Counted from the stretch's first letter, positions 1 to 9,754 are shown. The stretch is DNA of 64,000 nt from Candidatus Yanofskybacteria bacterium CG10_big_fil_rev_8_21_14_0_10_36_16 (GCA_002794035.1 PCXQ01000006.1:24533-88532), one strand, 5' to 3'. The notes: generated by a model not told the origin, from the letters alone. A program made the numbers and translations.

Positions 1-1082
1 TTGTCGGTGTTGTTATAACCTTTTCTCTTTTGCTTATTTTTAATCTCATTTTACCTTCAATGTTTGATAACTCAGAATTTATATCTCTGGGAGCATTGTT
101 TATGCTGCCATTTATCACATTTACTTTTTATTCCATAACAAAACGTCAATTCCTTGATGTAAAAATAATAGCTACTGAAATCTTTGCAATTGTACTATCT
201 ATAATAGTTTTGTTTGATGTAATTGTCGCTAAAGATCTTGGAACAGTAATTCTAAGATCCGGTATTTTCTTAATAGTCCTATCATTTAATATTTTAATTG
301 TAAAAAGCGTTTGGAACGAGGTTAAACAAAAAGAAAAACTTGAAATATTGGCTAAAAAATTACAATCAACAAACGACAGGCTTAAGGAACTAGACATGCT
401 CAAATCTCAATTTTTGTCTTTTGCTTCCCATCAAGTCAAAGCACCAATGGCCATTGTAAAAGGATATGCTGATTTAATAGCCAAAGGAGATTATGGCGAA
501 GTACCTGAAGAAGTCAAAAACACAGCAAATAAAATCAAGAACTCAGCCGACAAAATGATAAGTCTCGTAGAAGAACTTCTGAACCTCAGAAAAATAGAAG
601 AAGGGAAAATAGAATACGACATGAAAACAAAAGATATAACATTTATAATAAAAGAGGTGGTAGACGAGCTACAAACATTGGCAGATGACAAGAAACTACA
701 CCTAAACTTTGAAACACCTACCAAACAATTCAATGCAAAAATTGATGAGGGCAAATTCAAGCAAATCATCCAAAACTTAGTTGAGAACTCAATCAAATAC
801 ACTGAGGAAGGCTGGATAAAAGTAACTATTGAAGAAAAAGATGACAGTGCCTTAATAACAGTTTCCGATTCAGGTATTGGCATGAGCAAAGAAACAACAA
901 ATGATCTTTTTGAACAATTCCATCGCGGTTCTGGAAAAAGCAGATCTATTAAAGGCACAGGGCTTGGTCTTTATATAGCAAAAAAGATGATAGAAGCACA
1001 CAACGGCAAGGTGTGGGCAGAATCTGAAGGCGAAGGAAAAGGATCTCAATTTCATGTTCAGCTACCGTTAGAATATTCGTAG
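1..1082 (+). CDS. Membrane sensor histidine kinase (HisKA + HATPase_c), 5-prime end probably truncated by the window edge
   Basis: The reading frame is open back to position 1 (TTG at 30 is only the first in-frame start). The N-terminus is hydrophobic. H-box SFASHQVKAPM; ATP-binding G-boxes SDSGIGM and GTGLGLYIAKKMIEAHNGKVWAESEGEGKGSQF. Confidence 0.8.
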   Translation, partial: VGVVITFSLLLIFNLILPSMFDNSEFISLGALFMLPFITFTFYSITKRQFLDVKIIATEIFAIVLSIIVLFDVIVAKDLGTVILRSGIFLIVLSFNILIVKSVWNEVKQKEKLEILAKKLQSTNDRLKELDMLKSQFLSFASHQVKAPMAIVKGYADLIAKGDYGEVPEEVKNTANKIKNSADKMISLVEELLNLRKIEEGKIEYDMKTKDITFIIKEVVDELQTLADDKKLHLNFETPTKQFNAKIDEGKFKQIIQNLVENSIKYTEEGWIKVTIEEKDDSALITVSDSGIGMSKETTNDLFEQFHRGSGKSRSIKGTGLGLYIAKKMIEAHNGKVWAESEGEGKGSQFHVQLPLEYS

Positions 1083-1218
1083 TTTGCCGCTTATTATATA
1101 TCCCCAAAAAACATGGAGCGTATTCTATGTTTTTTTATTTTTAAATACTTAGGCATTATTACTTATTTTTAATCCCAGCTGTGGCTAATTCAATTTTTTG
1201 TTGTGTTATAATGATTTT

Positions 1219-1647
1219 ATGGAAAATCAATTAAAACAAACTATACTTATCGTTGATGACGAAAAAGATTTTAGGGAAATTTTAGTTACCAAACTAAAAA
1301 CATTGGGCGTTAACATAGTAGAAGCCGAAAATGGAGAAGAAGCGCTTGTAAAGCTTAAGGAGATCAAGCCTGATTTAATCATGCTAGACGTAAACATGCC
1401 AAAAATGAATGGGCCAGAAACGCTTTCCCAAATTAAAGCAAACCCTGAATGGGCAGACTTAAAGATAGTTTTTTTAACCAACTATGGTGAACCGCAACAA
1501 GAAGTTGCATGGACTGATGAAAGACTGGCCCGCGAAGCTGGGGCAATGGACTATATAAGAAAAAGTGATGACCTTGATACTATCATTGGAGAGGTAATAC
1601 CCCTTATCAGCCCGTCACAATTAGACGGCCCTGAAAATAACGGATAA
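1219..1647 (+). CDS. Single-domain response regulator (CheY-like REC)
   Basis: ILIVDDEKDF...LIMLDVNMPKMNG... carries the receiver-domain DD/D/T/K signature. ATG at 1219 lies in frame inside the longer TTG ORF (1198). A TATAAT-like box lies just upstream. Confidence 0.8.
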   Translation: MENQLKQTILIVDDEKDFREILVTKLKTLGVNIVEAENGEEALVKLKEIKPDLIMLDVNMPKMNGPETLSQIKANPEWADLKIVFLTNYGEPQQEVAWTDERLAREAGAMDYIRKSDDLDTIIGEVIPLISPSQLDGPENNG

Positions 1648-1759
1648 AATCAAAGACAAAATGTTAAATAACAAATATTTTCTAATTCAAATTTTAAAAA
1701 TTTGAGTTTTTAACATTGGATCTCAGTTTAATGCTTGTCCTAAATTTTAATTTGTAAAC

Positions 1760-3502
1760 ATGGCAAAAGATGTAAGTAAAACAATTTTAATAATAGACGA
1801 CAACCCTTTCATGGTTGAGATTTTAGCGAACGAACTTAAAAACTCAGGATTCAACATAGAAAAAGCTGACAGTGGAGAAAAAGGTATTAAAAAAATAAAG
1901 GATTCAAAACCTTCATTGCTTATACTTGATATGCCCCTGCCTGACAAAGCCGATGGATTTAAAACATTAAAAGAGATCAAAGAAAATTCTAAAGACTTGC
2001 CAATATTAATTGTTTCCAACAACGATACTGTAGAATTTAGAAAAAAGGTATTGGAGGAAGGTGTAAACGGATACTTAATAAAAGCATTTGCAGGAAAAGA
2101 CGAGGTCATACAAGCAGTTAATGAAATCATGGCAGGTAAAGTTATCATGCCATCTATGGAAGAACAACCGGCATCAGAAAAAACAAAAGATGAATCAGGT
2201 GAATCGGAAGGTAAGGATGAAAATAAAATTAAATACAAAAGCCCCTTCAGCTCAACAAGTATTAACATTGGGGTTCCACCAAAAATAAAAGCAAAAATAG
2301 AAAAAGCTTTAGTTTCACCACGTGCCGAGTTATCAATAATAAACCTTGTAAATGACTTGATAGAATACGCTTACCATGCTCGTGCATCAGATATTCACCT
2401 TGAGCCATACAGTGATAGATTTATTGCAAGAATGAGAATTGATGGCATACTTCATGATGTATTTTCACTTCCCAAAAATACACAATCAGAAATTATAGCC
2501 AGAATAAAAGTTCTTGCCGGAATGAGAACCGACGAACACCAAACCGCCCAGGATGGCAGATTTAAAGCAACAATAAAAAGCCCGCCCAAACAATTTGATA
2601 TTCGTGTTTCAATAGTACCAACATATTACGGAGAAAACTCTGTTCTTAGGCTTTTGGCCGAACAATCATCCATAAAAACCATAGAGGACTTGGCATTCTC
2701 ACCAGAAGACAAAGAAAGAATAAAACGTGCAATTAAAAAACCTTACGGCATGATACTTGTCACAGGACCAACTGGTTCAGGTAAATCAACCACTCTCTAT
2801 ACTGTAATTAGAGAATTAAACAAACGTTCAGTATCAATAATCACCATCGAAGATCCAGTGGAATACTCAGTAGAAGGAATAGACCAAATACAGGTAAACA
2901 CCCGAACAGGATTAACTTTTGCAACAGGATTAAGATCAATACTAAGACAAGACCCCAATGTCATTATGGTAGGAGAAATACGAGACAAGGAAACAGCATC
3001 TATTGCGGTTAATGCGGCCCTAACAGGCCACAAACTTCTTTCGACACTTCATACGAATGACGCCGCAACGACACTGCCTCGATTGTTGGACATGGAGGTC
3101 GAACCTTTCTTAATTGCCTCAACTGTTAATGTTGTGATAGGTCAGCGTCTTGTTAGAATGTTGTGCACAAAATGCAAGAAAAAAAGAAAAATGACTGAGA
3201 CCGAGCTAAAGAACCTCACCAAGAGCATCCCCGAAAAAATATTAGGCAATCATAAAGAATTTTATGAAGTAGGCGGATGTGAAGTTTGTGGCGATACCGG
3301 ATACTTTGACAGAATGGGCATTTATGAAATTTTAGAAATGAATGATGAAATAAGAAGCGCAATATTAAGAAGAGCGGACTCAAGTGAAATAAACGAAATA
3401 GCAACAAAAAGCGGAATGAGTACTCTGCTTGAAGACGGATTTAAAAAAGTCGTTTCGGGACTGACAACGATTGAAGAATTATTAAGAGTTGTCAAAGAAT
3501 AA
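1760..3502 (+). CDS. Type IV pilus/T2SS assembly ATPase (PilB/GspE family) with an N-terminal REC receiver domain in place of the usual N1 domain
   Basis: N-terminus ILIIDDNPFMVEIL...SLLILDMPLPDKADGF...ILIVSNN...GYLIK is a complete REC domain with the acceptor Asp. C-terminal half has Walker A GPTGSGKSTT, the His box LLSTLHTNDAA, and a tetracysteine CTKC...CEVC motif typical of GspE/PilB. Confidence 0.85.
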   Translation: MAKDVSKTILIIDDNPFMVEILANELKNSGFNIEKADSGEKGIKKIKDSKPSLLILDMPLPDKADGFKTLKEIKENSKDLPILIVSNNDTVEFRKKVLEEGVNGYLIKAFAGKDEVIQAVNEIMAGKVIMPSMEEQPASEKTKDESGESEGKDENKIKYKSPFSSTSINIGVPPKIKAKIEKALVSPRAELSIINLVNDLIEYAYHARASDIHLEPYSDRFIARMRIDGILHDVFSLPKNTQSEIIARIKVLAGMRTDEHQTAQDGRFKATIKSPPKQFDIRVSIVPTYYGENSVLRLLAEQSSIKTIEDLAFSPEDKERIKRAIKKPYGMILVTGPTGSGKSTTLYTVIRELNKRSVSIITIEDPVEYSVEGIDQIQVNTRTGLTFATGLRSILRQDPNVIMVGEIRDKETASIAVNAALTGHKLLSTLHTNDAATTLPRLLDMEVEPFLIASTVNVVIGQRLVRMLCTKCKKKRKMTETELKNLTKSIPEKILGNHKEFYEVGGCEVCGDTGYFDRMGIYEILEMNDEIRSAILRRADSSEINEIATKSGMSTLLEDGFKKVVSGLTTIEELLRVVKE

Positions 3503-3580
3503 AATTAAATAATTAAATAATTTAAATTGAAAAAATTTAACCTACAAAAACTATTTCTTCATATCTCCCTAAAGGAGCAA

Positions 3581-4600
3581 ATGCTTTTTGCTAAACACAT
3601 GTCAGTAATGATAGGTTCCGGCATGCAAGTCATACAAAGCTTAAACACACTTAAGGAACAGGTGGACTCTCGTTCATTTAAAATGATTTTGGATGATTTA
3701 ATAAATGACACAAAAAGCGGGCAATTTTTGTCCACCAGCTTAGAAAAATACAAAAATGTATTCAGTGAATTTTTTATAAACGTAATAAGGGTCGGAGAAG
3801 CAAGCGGAACACTGCCTGAAAACTTTAAATACCTTGCCGAAGAACTTAAAAAACGACAAGAACTAGCAAACAAAATAAAAGGTGCGATGGTTTACCCAGT
3901 AATAATATTGATAGCAACATTTGGCATAACAGGATTGCTGGTATTTTTCATATTTCCCAAGATACTCCCCGTGCTTAAAAGCATAGATGTAGAACTGCCT
4001 GTTTTGACAGTATATTTTATTTCAATATCTGAATTCACCTTCAAATATGGTTACTGGTTATTTGGCGGTGTGATTGCCCTAATTATAGGAATATGGGGCA
4101 TATTAAGAATCAGGCCTGTAAAATTTTTGTGGCATAAAATAATACTAAAAATACCCATAGTTAACAAAATGTCACAAGCTATAAACATGATAAAATTTTC
4201 AAGAACCCTGGGACTTCTTTTAAAAAGTGACGTAAAAATAGTGGAATCACTAAACATCACATCAAACACTATCAGTAATCTGGTTTATCAAAAAGCAATC
4301 AGAGAAACTGCTAACAGTGTTCGTATGGGTGATCAAATATCAAAATATTTAGCGACAAAGCCGCATCTTTTCCCAAAACTTTCAACCCAGATGATATCAG
4401 TCGGGGAAAACACAGGAAAATTAGATGAATCAGCTTTTTATCTGGCTGATTTCTATGAAAGCGAATTGAATGAAACCACCAAAACTCTTTCAAATGCAAT
4501 AGAGCCCATCCTTCTTCTGGCAATGGGACTTATCGTAGGATTTGTGGCACTAGCTATAATAACTCCTATATATAAAATAACACAAACATTGTCCCGTTAA
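3581..4600 (+). CDS. PilC/GspF-type inner-membrane platform protein (short, ~340 aa)
   Basis: GspF-family sequence pattern (MIGSGMQVIQSL..., GEASGTLPENFKYLAEEL) with hydrophobic segments. ATG at 3581 is preceded by AAGGAG; the longer TTG ORF from 3527 is less likely. Confidence 0.8.
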   Translation: MLFAKHMSVMIGSGMQVIQSLNTLKEQVDSRSFKMILDDLINDTKSGQFLSTSLEKYKNVFSEFFINVIRVGEASGTLPENFKYLAEELKKRQELANKIKGAMVYPVIILIATFGITGLLVFFIFPKILPVLKSIDVELPVLTVYFISISEFTFKYGYWLFGGVIALIIGIWGILRIRPVKFLWHKIILKIPIVNKMSQAINMIKFSRTLGLLLKSDVKIVESLNITSNTISNLVYQKAIRETANSVRMGDQISKYLATKPHLFPKLSTQMISVGENTGKLDESAFYLADFYESELNETTKTLSNAIEPILLLAMGLIVGFVALAIITPIYKITQTLSR

Positions 4601-4727
4601 TGATAAAAATTAACAAAAATACCAGTTTTACCAAAAATACCAATGAGTATTTTGTTTTTTCTCATAAAAATAAGGGATTCACCCTGCTCTTGTTAAATGG
4701 TTTATTAACTAAATTTTTAAATTAGTC

Positions 4728-7421
4728 GTGAAATTTAAAATAGCAAAAATATTTTCTTATGATAATTTTCCCTTTTCAAGGGCGGGGTTCACAATCTTGG
4801 AAACTCTTATTGCTGCTGCACTATTTGTTATCATTGGCGGAGGTATATATTTAGCCTACTCAAATATACTTGAAATAATCACTAGGGGACGGCTTGATGC
4901 TGAAGCCGCTTTTATTTTGGAAAAAGAAATAGAAATAGTAAGGAACATGTCTTATGAAAATATTGGAACCACAACAGGAGCACCATTTGGCAAATTAAAA
5001 AGTGAAAAAACTGTAATAGCAGGTAATATACCTTTTGTTTTAAGAACTACTGTCAGAAACATAGACCATATTTTTGACGGCAAATTAAAAGGCAAGAATA
5101 ATATAGCCAATCTAGATGTAGGTGCTCAAGTTGGAGAAGGAGGGTTAAGAATGGAAAACCAATCTAAAATAATAGGGGATGTGTTTTCAAACGGCGACAT
5201 AATTGGAACCGGTAATTCTAATATTACAGGGAGTGCATGGGCTGCAGGATCTAGCAAAATTGATACAGTCAATGTGGCTAATGATGTTCATGCAAATACT
5301 ATACTTAACAGCTTTGTGGGAAGAGATGCTTATTACAAAAACATTTCCAATACAACTGTAGTTGGTAATTTGTTTTCTAATGTCCCGGATATTGAACCCC
5401 AAGAGCTTCCAATATCACCCCAACAACTGGCTGAATGGAAAACACTCGCTGCTGAAGGAGGCACTATCCCGACCCAAACCATAAGCGGATCCAATATTGT
5501 TCCTCTTGGACCAATTAAGATAAACGGAAATCTTACCATAAGAAATTCCGGACGCTTAATAATAACAGGGGTAATCTGGGTCACAGGAGATATTCTTATG
5601 CAAAATGATGCGGTAATTGAGATCGATCCGTCATTTGGAATGTTAAGCGGTCTGATAATCACAGACGGCAGTGTAATGATAAGAAATGAATCTGCCATAT
5701 GCGGGTCTGAGGGTTATAACACTTCAACCCAGACATGTAACCCGCCTGACTCAAGCTTTGTTTTCATAGTTTCAACAAAAGAAACCCTTGAAGATCCGGC
5801 TATAACAATAAATAACGCATCTGACTTAAGAACTCTTGTACATGCCAACAACGGAACAATAAATTTAAAAAATGCTATCCAACTAGTTAATGCTACGGGT
5901 TATTCAATTTTATTAGAAAACACCGCGTCAGTTATATATGACGAGGATTTGGATGATGTAGAATTTGGTTTTGGATCATTGGCATCAGTCCAAGAAGATC
6001 TGGCGCCAGGGGACTACAAACTGGTGGAAATTGAAATAAGCTGTCCTGAATGCACACTACCATTCACACCCAAAAAAGTTACCGCCACCGTAGCTCCACA
6101 GGGCCTTGAAACAGTAAGTAGAAATGGATCATTGTTTATTAATGCAATTGATGCATCGGGTGACTCCACAGCAAATGCTACTGTGCATGTTGTTAATAAT
6201 TCTGCCAATCCTCCAATTGACATCACTGATGTAACCGGCTCTGATGGCAAACTCCAGATCATTGATGTAGCCACAGGATCTTTTACATATGAAATTATTG
6301 TTTCTAAAGCAGGATATTCCACCGAACAAACATATCTGCCAGGGGAACCATCGAACCCCAATCCTGTTAAACCTCATGCAACGGTAGCAGAACAAGACGT
6401 AACTGAAATTACTTTCGTCATAGACAGAACTAGCACCATGAACCTAACCACAAGCGATTACATATGTTCTCCTGTGGCTGACATTAATTTCCTACAGGAA
6501 GGAAGCAAGCTCATAGGCCAAAGCCCAGATGTATTAAAATATTCTGAGAACCTTTCAACAGACACGAACGGAAATTACACAAACAACTCACTGGAATGGG
6601 ATACATACAATTTATCTCTAACTGATTCCGGATTTGACCTGGCTGGAACTGATATTCTTATGCCTTTGGTTATTAACCCAAACACCAACAGAAATATCAC
6701 CTGGACAGTAAAGCCCAAATTTTCTAATTCACTTCTCGCTGTAGCAAGAGACACAAACGGAAATTTTGTAAACGATGCCGAGGTTACAGTATCAGGCCCA
6801 GAAACCAAATCTGCTTTTACTGGTCTGGCATCCATATCTTATACTGACTGGTCGGGGGGCAATTATGACTCTCAAAGCGGAGGAATCGCAACAACGCCTG
6901 CGGGACAGCTAACCTTGGTTGATTTAGGAGGAAACAAATATGCTTCAAACAGTGAGGAGTGGTTAATTTCCAACACTATTGATTTTGGAACATCAACAAT
7001 ATTTTATGGAAAAATTGATTGGGACCCCAAAAACCAGCCAGCTCAAACTGGAGCAAATAGCTTAAAATTCCAAATAGCAGCAAACAACGATAACAACACC
7101 TGGAATTTTGTAGGACCTGATGGTTCCTCAAACACTTATTACACGACCGCAAAAACCGATATTTACAGTCAGCATGATGGGAATAGATATCTAAGATATA
7201 AGGCATATCTACAAACAGTAGACCAAGGGTTCACCCCATTATTAGATAAGATAATCATAGAGTTTAACTCAAGCTGTGTTCCTGAAGGGCAAGCCCTTCT
7301 AAACAATTTACCGAATGGATCATACAACATAACAATAGATCACCCGGGTTATAAAACATACAATGACAACATAAATATAAACAGCGAGTGGCAAGAATAT
7401 AGAGCCATTTTGGTTCCATAA
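4728..7421 (+). CDS. Giant (897 aa) pilin-like protein: class III signal peptide, N-terminal pilin helix, large beta-rich adhesin-like body
   Basis: GTG start. Leader MKFKIAKIFSYDNFPFSRAG|FTILETLIAAALFVII has G at -1, F at +1 and E at +5 (prepilin peptidase site). Body contains beta-helix-like G/N/S-rich repeats and carboxypeptidase-regulatory-like segments (GSLFINAIDASGDSTANATVHVVN...KAGYSTEQTY; ITIDHPGYKTYN). Confidence 0.7.
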   Translation: MKFKIAKIFSYDNFPFSRAGFTILETLIAAALFVIIGGGIYLAYSNILEIITRGRLDAEAAFILEKEIEIVRNMSYENIGTTTGAPFGKLKSEKTVIAGNIPFVLRTTVRNIDHIFDGKLKGKNNIANLDVGAQVGEGGLRMENQSKIIGDVFSNGDIIGTGNSNITGSAWAAGSSKIDTVNVANDVHANTILNSFVGRDAYYKNISNTTVVGNLFSNVPDIEPQELPISPQQLAEWKTLAAEGGTIPTQTISGSNIVPLGPIKINGNLTIRNSGRLIITGVIWVTGDILMQNDAVIEIDPSFGMLSGLIITDGSVMIRNESAICGSEGYNTSTQTCNPPDSSFVFIVSTKETLEDPAITINNASDLRTLVHANNGTINLKNAIQLVNATGYSILLENTASVIYDEDLDDVEFGFGSLASVQEDLAPGDYKLVEIEISCPECTLPFTPKKVTATVAPQGLETVSRNGSLFINAIDASGDSTANATVHVVNNSANPPIDITDVTGSDGKLQIIDVATGSFTYEIIVSKAGYSTEQTYLPGEPSNPNPVKPHATVAEQDVTEITFVIDRTSTMNLTTSDYICSPVADINFLQEGSKLIGQSPDVLKYSENLSTDTNGNYTNNSLEWDTYNLSLTDSGFDLAGTDILMPLVINPNTNRNITWTVKPKFSNSLLAVARDTNGNFVNDAEVTVSGPETKSAFTGLASISYTDWSGGNYDSQSGGIATTPAGQLTLVDLGGNKYASNSEEWLISNTIDFGTSTIFYGKIDWDPKNQPAQTGANSLKFQIAANNDNNTWNFVGPDGSSNTYYTTAKTDIYSQHDGNRYLRYKAYLQTVDQGFTPLLDKIIIEFNSSCVPEGQALLNNLPNGSYNITIDHPGYKTYNDNININSEWQEYRAILVP

Positions 7422-7432
7422 TAAACAAAACC

Positions 7433-7567
7433 ATGAATCTTCATAAAGTTTTAAAAAAATTACTTAGCAATATATCTCCCTCTTCAAGGGCGGGGTTTAC
7501 CCCGCTCTTGAAGATGGATGCGCCTTTTTATCTAATATTTATCAGTAATCACCCTGTTAGCTCATGA
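7433..7567 (+). pseudogene. Truncated duplicate of a pilin 5-prime end (44-codon ORF MNLHKVLKKLLSNISPSSRAGFTPLLK...); its TGA stop overlaps the ATG of the next pilin gene (ATGA)
   Basis: Nucleotides 7433-7500 nearly repeat 7564-7632. It encodes the same leader as the downstream pilin, then diverges. An embedded hairpin tcttcaagggcgggg-ttta-ccccgctcttgaaga is present. Confidence 0.45.
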
Positions 7568-8199
7568 ATCTTCTTAAAGTTTTAAAAAAAATACTTAGCA
7601 ATATATCTCCCTCTTCAAGGGCGGGGTTTACATTAATAGAAATAGTAATCGGATTGGCCATAATGTCTATTATAGTTATTTTAATCGGGTCTTTTGGGCT
7701 TGATATTTTAAGCTCTCAAACATCATTTAGTAGAACACTTGAAATACAAAGCGAAATAAATCAAACATTCAAAGAAATTATACCCGAAATTCGCTCAATG
7801 GAAGAATCAGAAAATGGAGCTTACCCAATTATTTCGGCATCATCGGATTCATTTGAATTTTATAGTGATGTGGATAGCAACGGAACAGTAGACAAAGTAA
7901 GATATTTTGTTGATGGAAGTGAGATGAAAAGAGGAACAACAAAACCCTCAGGCAACCCGCCTGTTTATGATCCGTCTGATGAAAAAATTAAAAGATTAAT
8001 TTCTGATTTAACTTTAACATCAGCGGGCATGTTTAAATATTACGATAAAAATTTCACGGGATCCGAAAACTCATTGGCAGTTCCCGTAAGCATACCGGCA
8101 ATAAGATTAATCAGAATTGAAGCAATAGTTGACCCCAAAATACCGGGCTCATCAAATTTTGTTTCATCAATGCAGGCAACGCCCCGTAATTTACGCTAA
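7564..8199 (+). CDS. Minor pilin / pseudopilin (prepilin-type N-terminus)
   Basis: Leader MNLLKVLKKILSNISPSSRAG|FTLIEIVIGLAIMSIIVIL with F at +1 and E at +5; 211 aa. Confidence 0.7.
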   Translation: MNLLKVLKKILSNISPSSRAGFTLIEIVIGLAIMSIIVILIGSFGLDILSSQTSFSRTLEIQSEINQTFKEIIPEIRSMEESENGAYPIISASSDSFEFYSDVDSNGTVDKVRYFVDGSEMKRGTTKPSGNPPVYDPSDEKIKRLISDLTLTSAGMFKYYDKNFTGSENSLAVPVSIPAIRLIRIEAIVDPKIPGSSNFVSSMQATPRNLR

Positions 8200-8223
8200 A
8201 ATAAAATTTTAGAGTTTAGAATT

Positions 8224-9651
8224 ATGAAATTAAAAATTAAAAATTTGGAAGCAGGCCAACTTTCCCTCTATGTTTTAATTTTCGGCTCTGTAGCTATTGT
8301 TATACTGTCTGGATTTATACTTTGGGCTGACTTAAGCTTTAAAGCAGCAATAAGACAAACAGATCGGCTTTTGGCGCTTGAAATTGCTGAATCAGGCATT
8401 GAATACTACCGCTGGCATTTAGCTCATGTCCCCGATGATTTTCAGGATGGAACAGGAGAACCAGGACCATATGAACATGATTTCTTTGATAAAAACGGGA
8501 ATATTATTGGCAAGTTTACGCTTGAAATAACTCCGCCCTCAGAATCCTCGGGAGTTGTAATTATAAAATCTACAGGAACCGTTGATGTTGATGATAGTAT
8601 TGAAAGAATAGTTGAAGCTCGACTAGCTCTGTCGTCTCTTGCGGGATATGCCATTGTTTCAAATGACAGCATACACATAGGGCAAGGCGCGGAAGTGTTT
8701 GGACCAATACATTCAAATGGAGGTATAAGCTTTAACGGGATTGCACACCATATTGTAACCAGCACCAGAGAAACATATGACGACCCCGCTCACGCAGGAG
8801 TGGAAGAATATGCAGTACACACCCACATAAACCCTGCTGACCCTCTACCCCCAAATCCATTACAAAAAAGACCTAGTGTTTTTAAAGCAGGGCGTGATTT
8901 CCCTGTTCCGGCGGTTGACTTTGATGGCATTGCCAGAGATTTGTCAGATATAAAAACCGGCGCTCAAGCTAGTGGATCATATTTTGGACCCTCAAGTGCT
9001 GAAGGTTATCGTGTAGTCCTGAAAACAAATGATACTTTTGATTTGTATAAAGTTAATTCACAAATTGCACCGCCTGCCGGATGCACCAACGACTTAAGCG
9101 AATCAGACTGGGGGACATGGAGTATCGATTCTGAAACATTTTTAAATAATTATGCACTTCCTTCAAACGGACTTATTTTTTTTGAAGATAACGCATGGAT
9201 TGAAGGTGAAATTGACGGTGAGCGTCTCACCTTGGCTACGGGTATTTTTCCTGAATCACCTGGTAATTACAAGCATATTATAGTAAACAATAATCTAACT
9301 TATTCTAATATTAATGCCCGAGACAAACTGGGCCTGGTAACACAAGGCAATATTATTATAGGAATGGAAAGCACTGGCGACTTGCGTATTGATGCAGCAA
9401 TAGTGGCTAAAAACGGGCGGGTAGGCAGGTTTTATTACAATCCAAGCTGTTCTCCGTACCACAACAGACAATCCTTAACAATTTATGGAATGATAGCAAC
9501 TAACGAAAAATATGGTTTTGCCTATACAGACGGTACAGGATATCAGCAACGATCCATTACATATGACCCAAGATTACTGTCTGATCCGCCTCCGGGGTTT
9601 CCTTCTGATGCCGGATTTTATGAAATTATAAGTTGGAAAGAATTAAAATAA
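8224..9651 (+). CDS. Pilus-associated protein with a PilX-N-like N-terminus (475 aa)
   Basis: N-terminal hydrophobic helix followed by ...DRLLALEIAESGIEYYRW, resembling the PilX N-terminal motif. Located inside the pilus operon. Confidence 0.55.
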   Translation: MKLKIKNLEAGQLSLYVLIFGSVAIVILSGFILWADLSFKAAIRQTDRLLALEIAESGIEYYRWHLAHVPDDFQDGTGEPGPYEHDFFDKNGNIIGKFTLEITPPSESSGVVIIKSTGTVDVDDSIERIVEARLALSSLAGYAIVSNDSIHIGQGAEVFGPIHSNGGISFNGIAHHIVTSTRETYDDPAHAGVEEYAVHTHINPADPLPPNPLQKRPSVFKAGRDFPVPAVDFDGIARDLSDIKTGAQASGSYFGPSSAEGYRVVLKTNDTFDLYKVNSQIAPPAGCTNDLSESDWGTWSIDSETFLNNYALPSNGLIFFEDNAWIEGEIDGERLTLATGIFPESPGNYKHIIVNNNLTYSNINARDKLGLVTQGNIIIGMESTGDLRIDAAIVAKNGRVGRFYYNPSCSPYHNRQSLTIYGMIATNEKYGFAYTDGTGYQQRSITYDPRLLSDPPPGFPSDAGFYEIISWKELK

Positions 9652-9754
9652 TATTTACTGTGGATAAAAGCCCTTAAAAACCTAGGGTTTTAGTGCTAAC
9701 CTAAAGCTATGAAATAGGTCGATAAAAAGCCCAAAAAATAGTTTGGGCAAAATA

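Noticed and set aside
491-958. Minus-strand ORFs nested inside well-supported + strand genes (e.g. 491..958, 22704..23243, 32498..32995, 44748..45167, 52886..53203)
   Set aside because: Antisense to genes with clear catalytic motifs; low-complexity Ser/Leu/Phe-rich translations typical of AT-rich antisense frames; no RBS.
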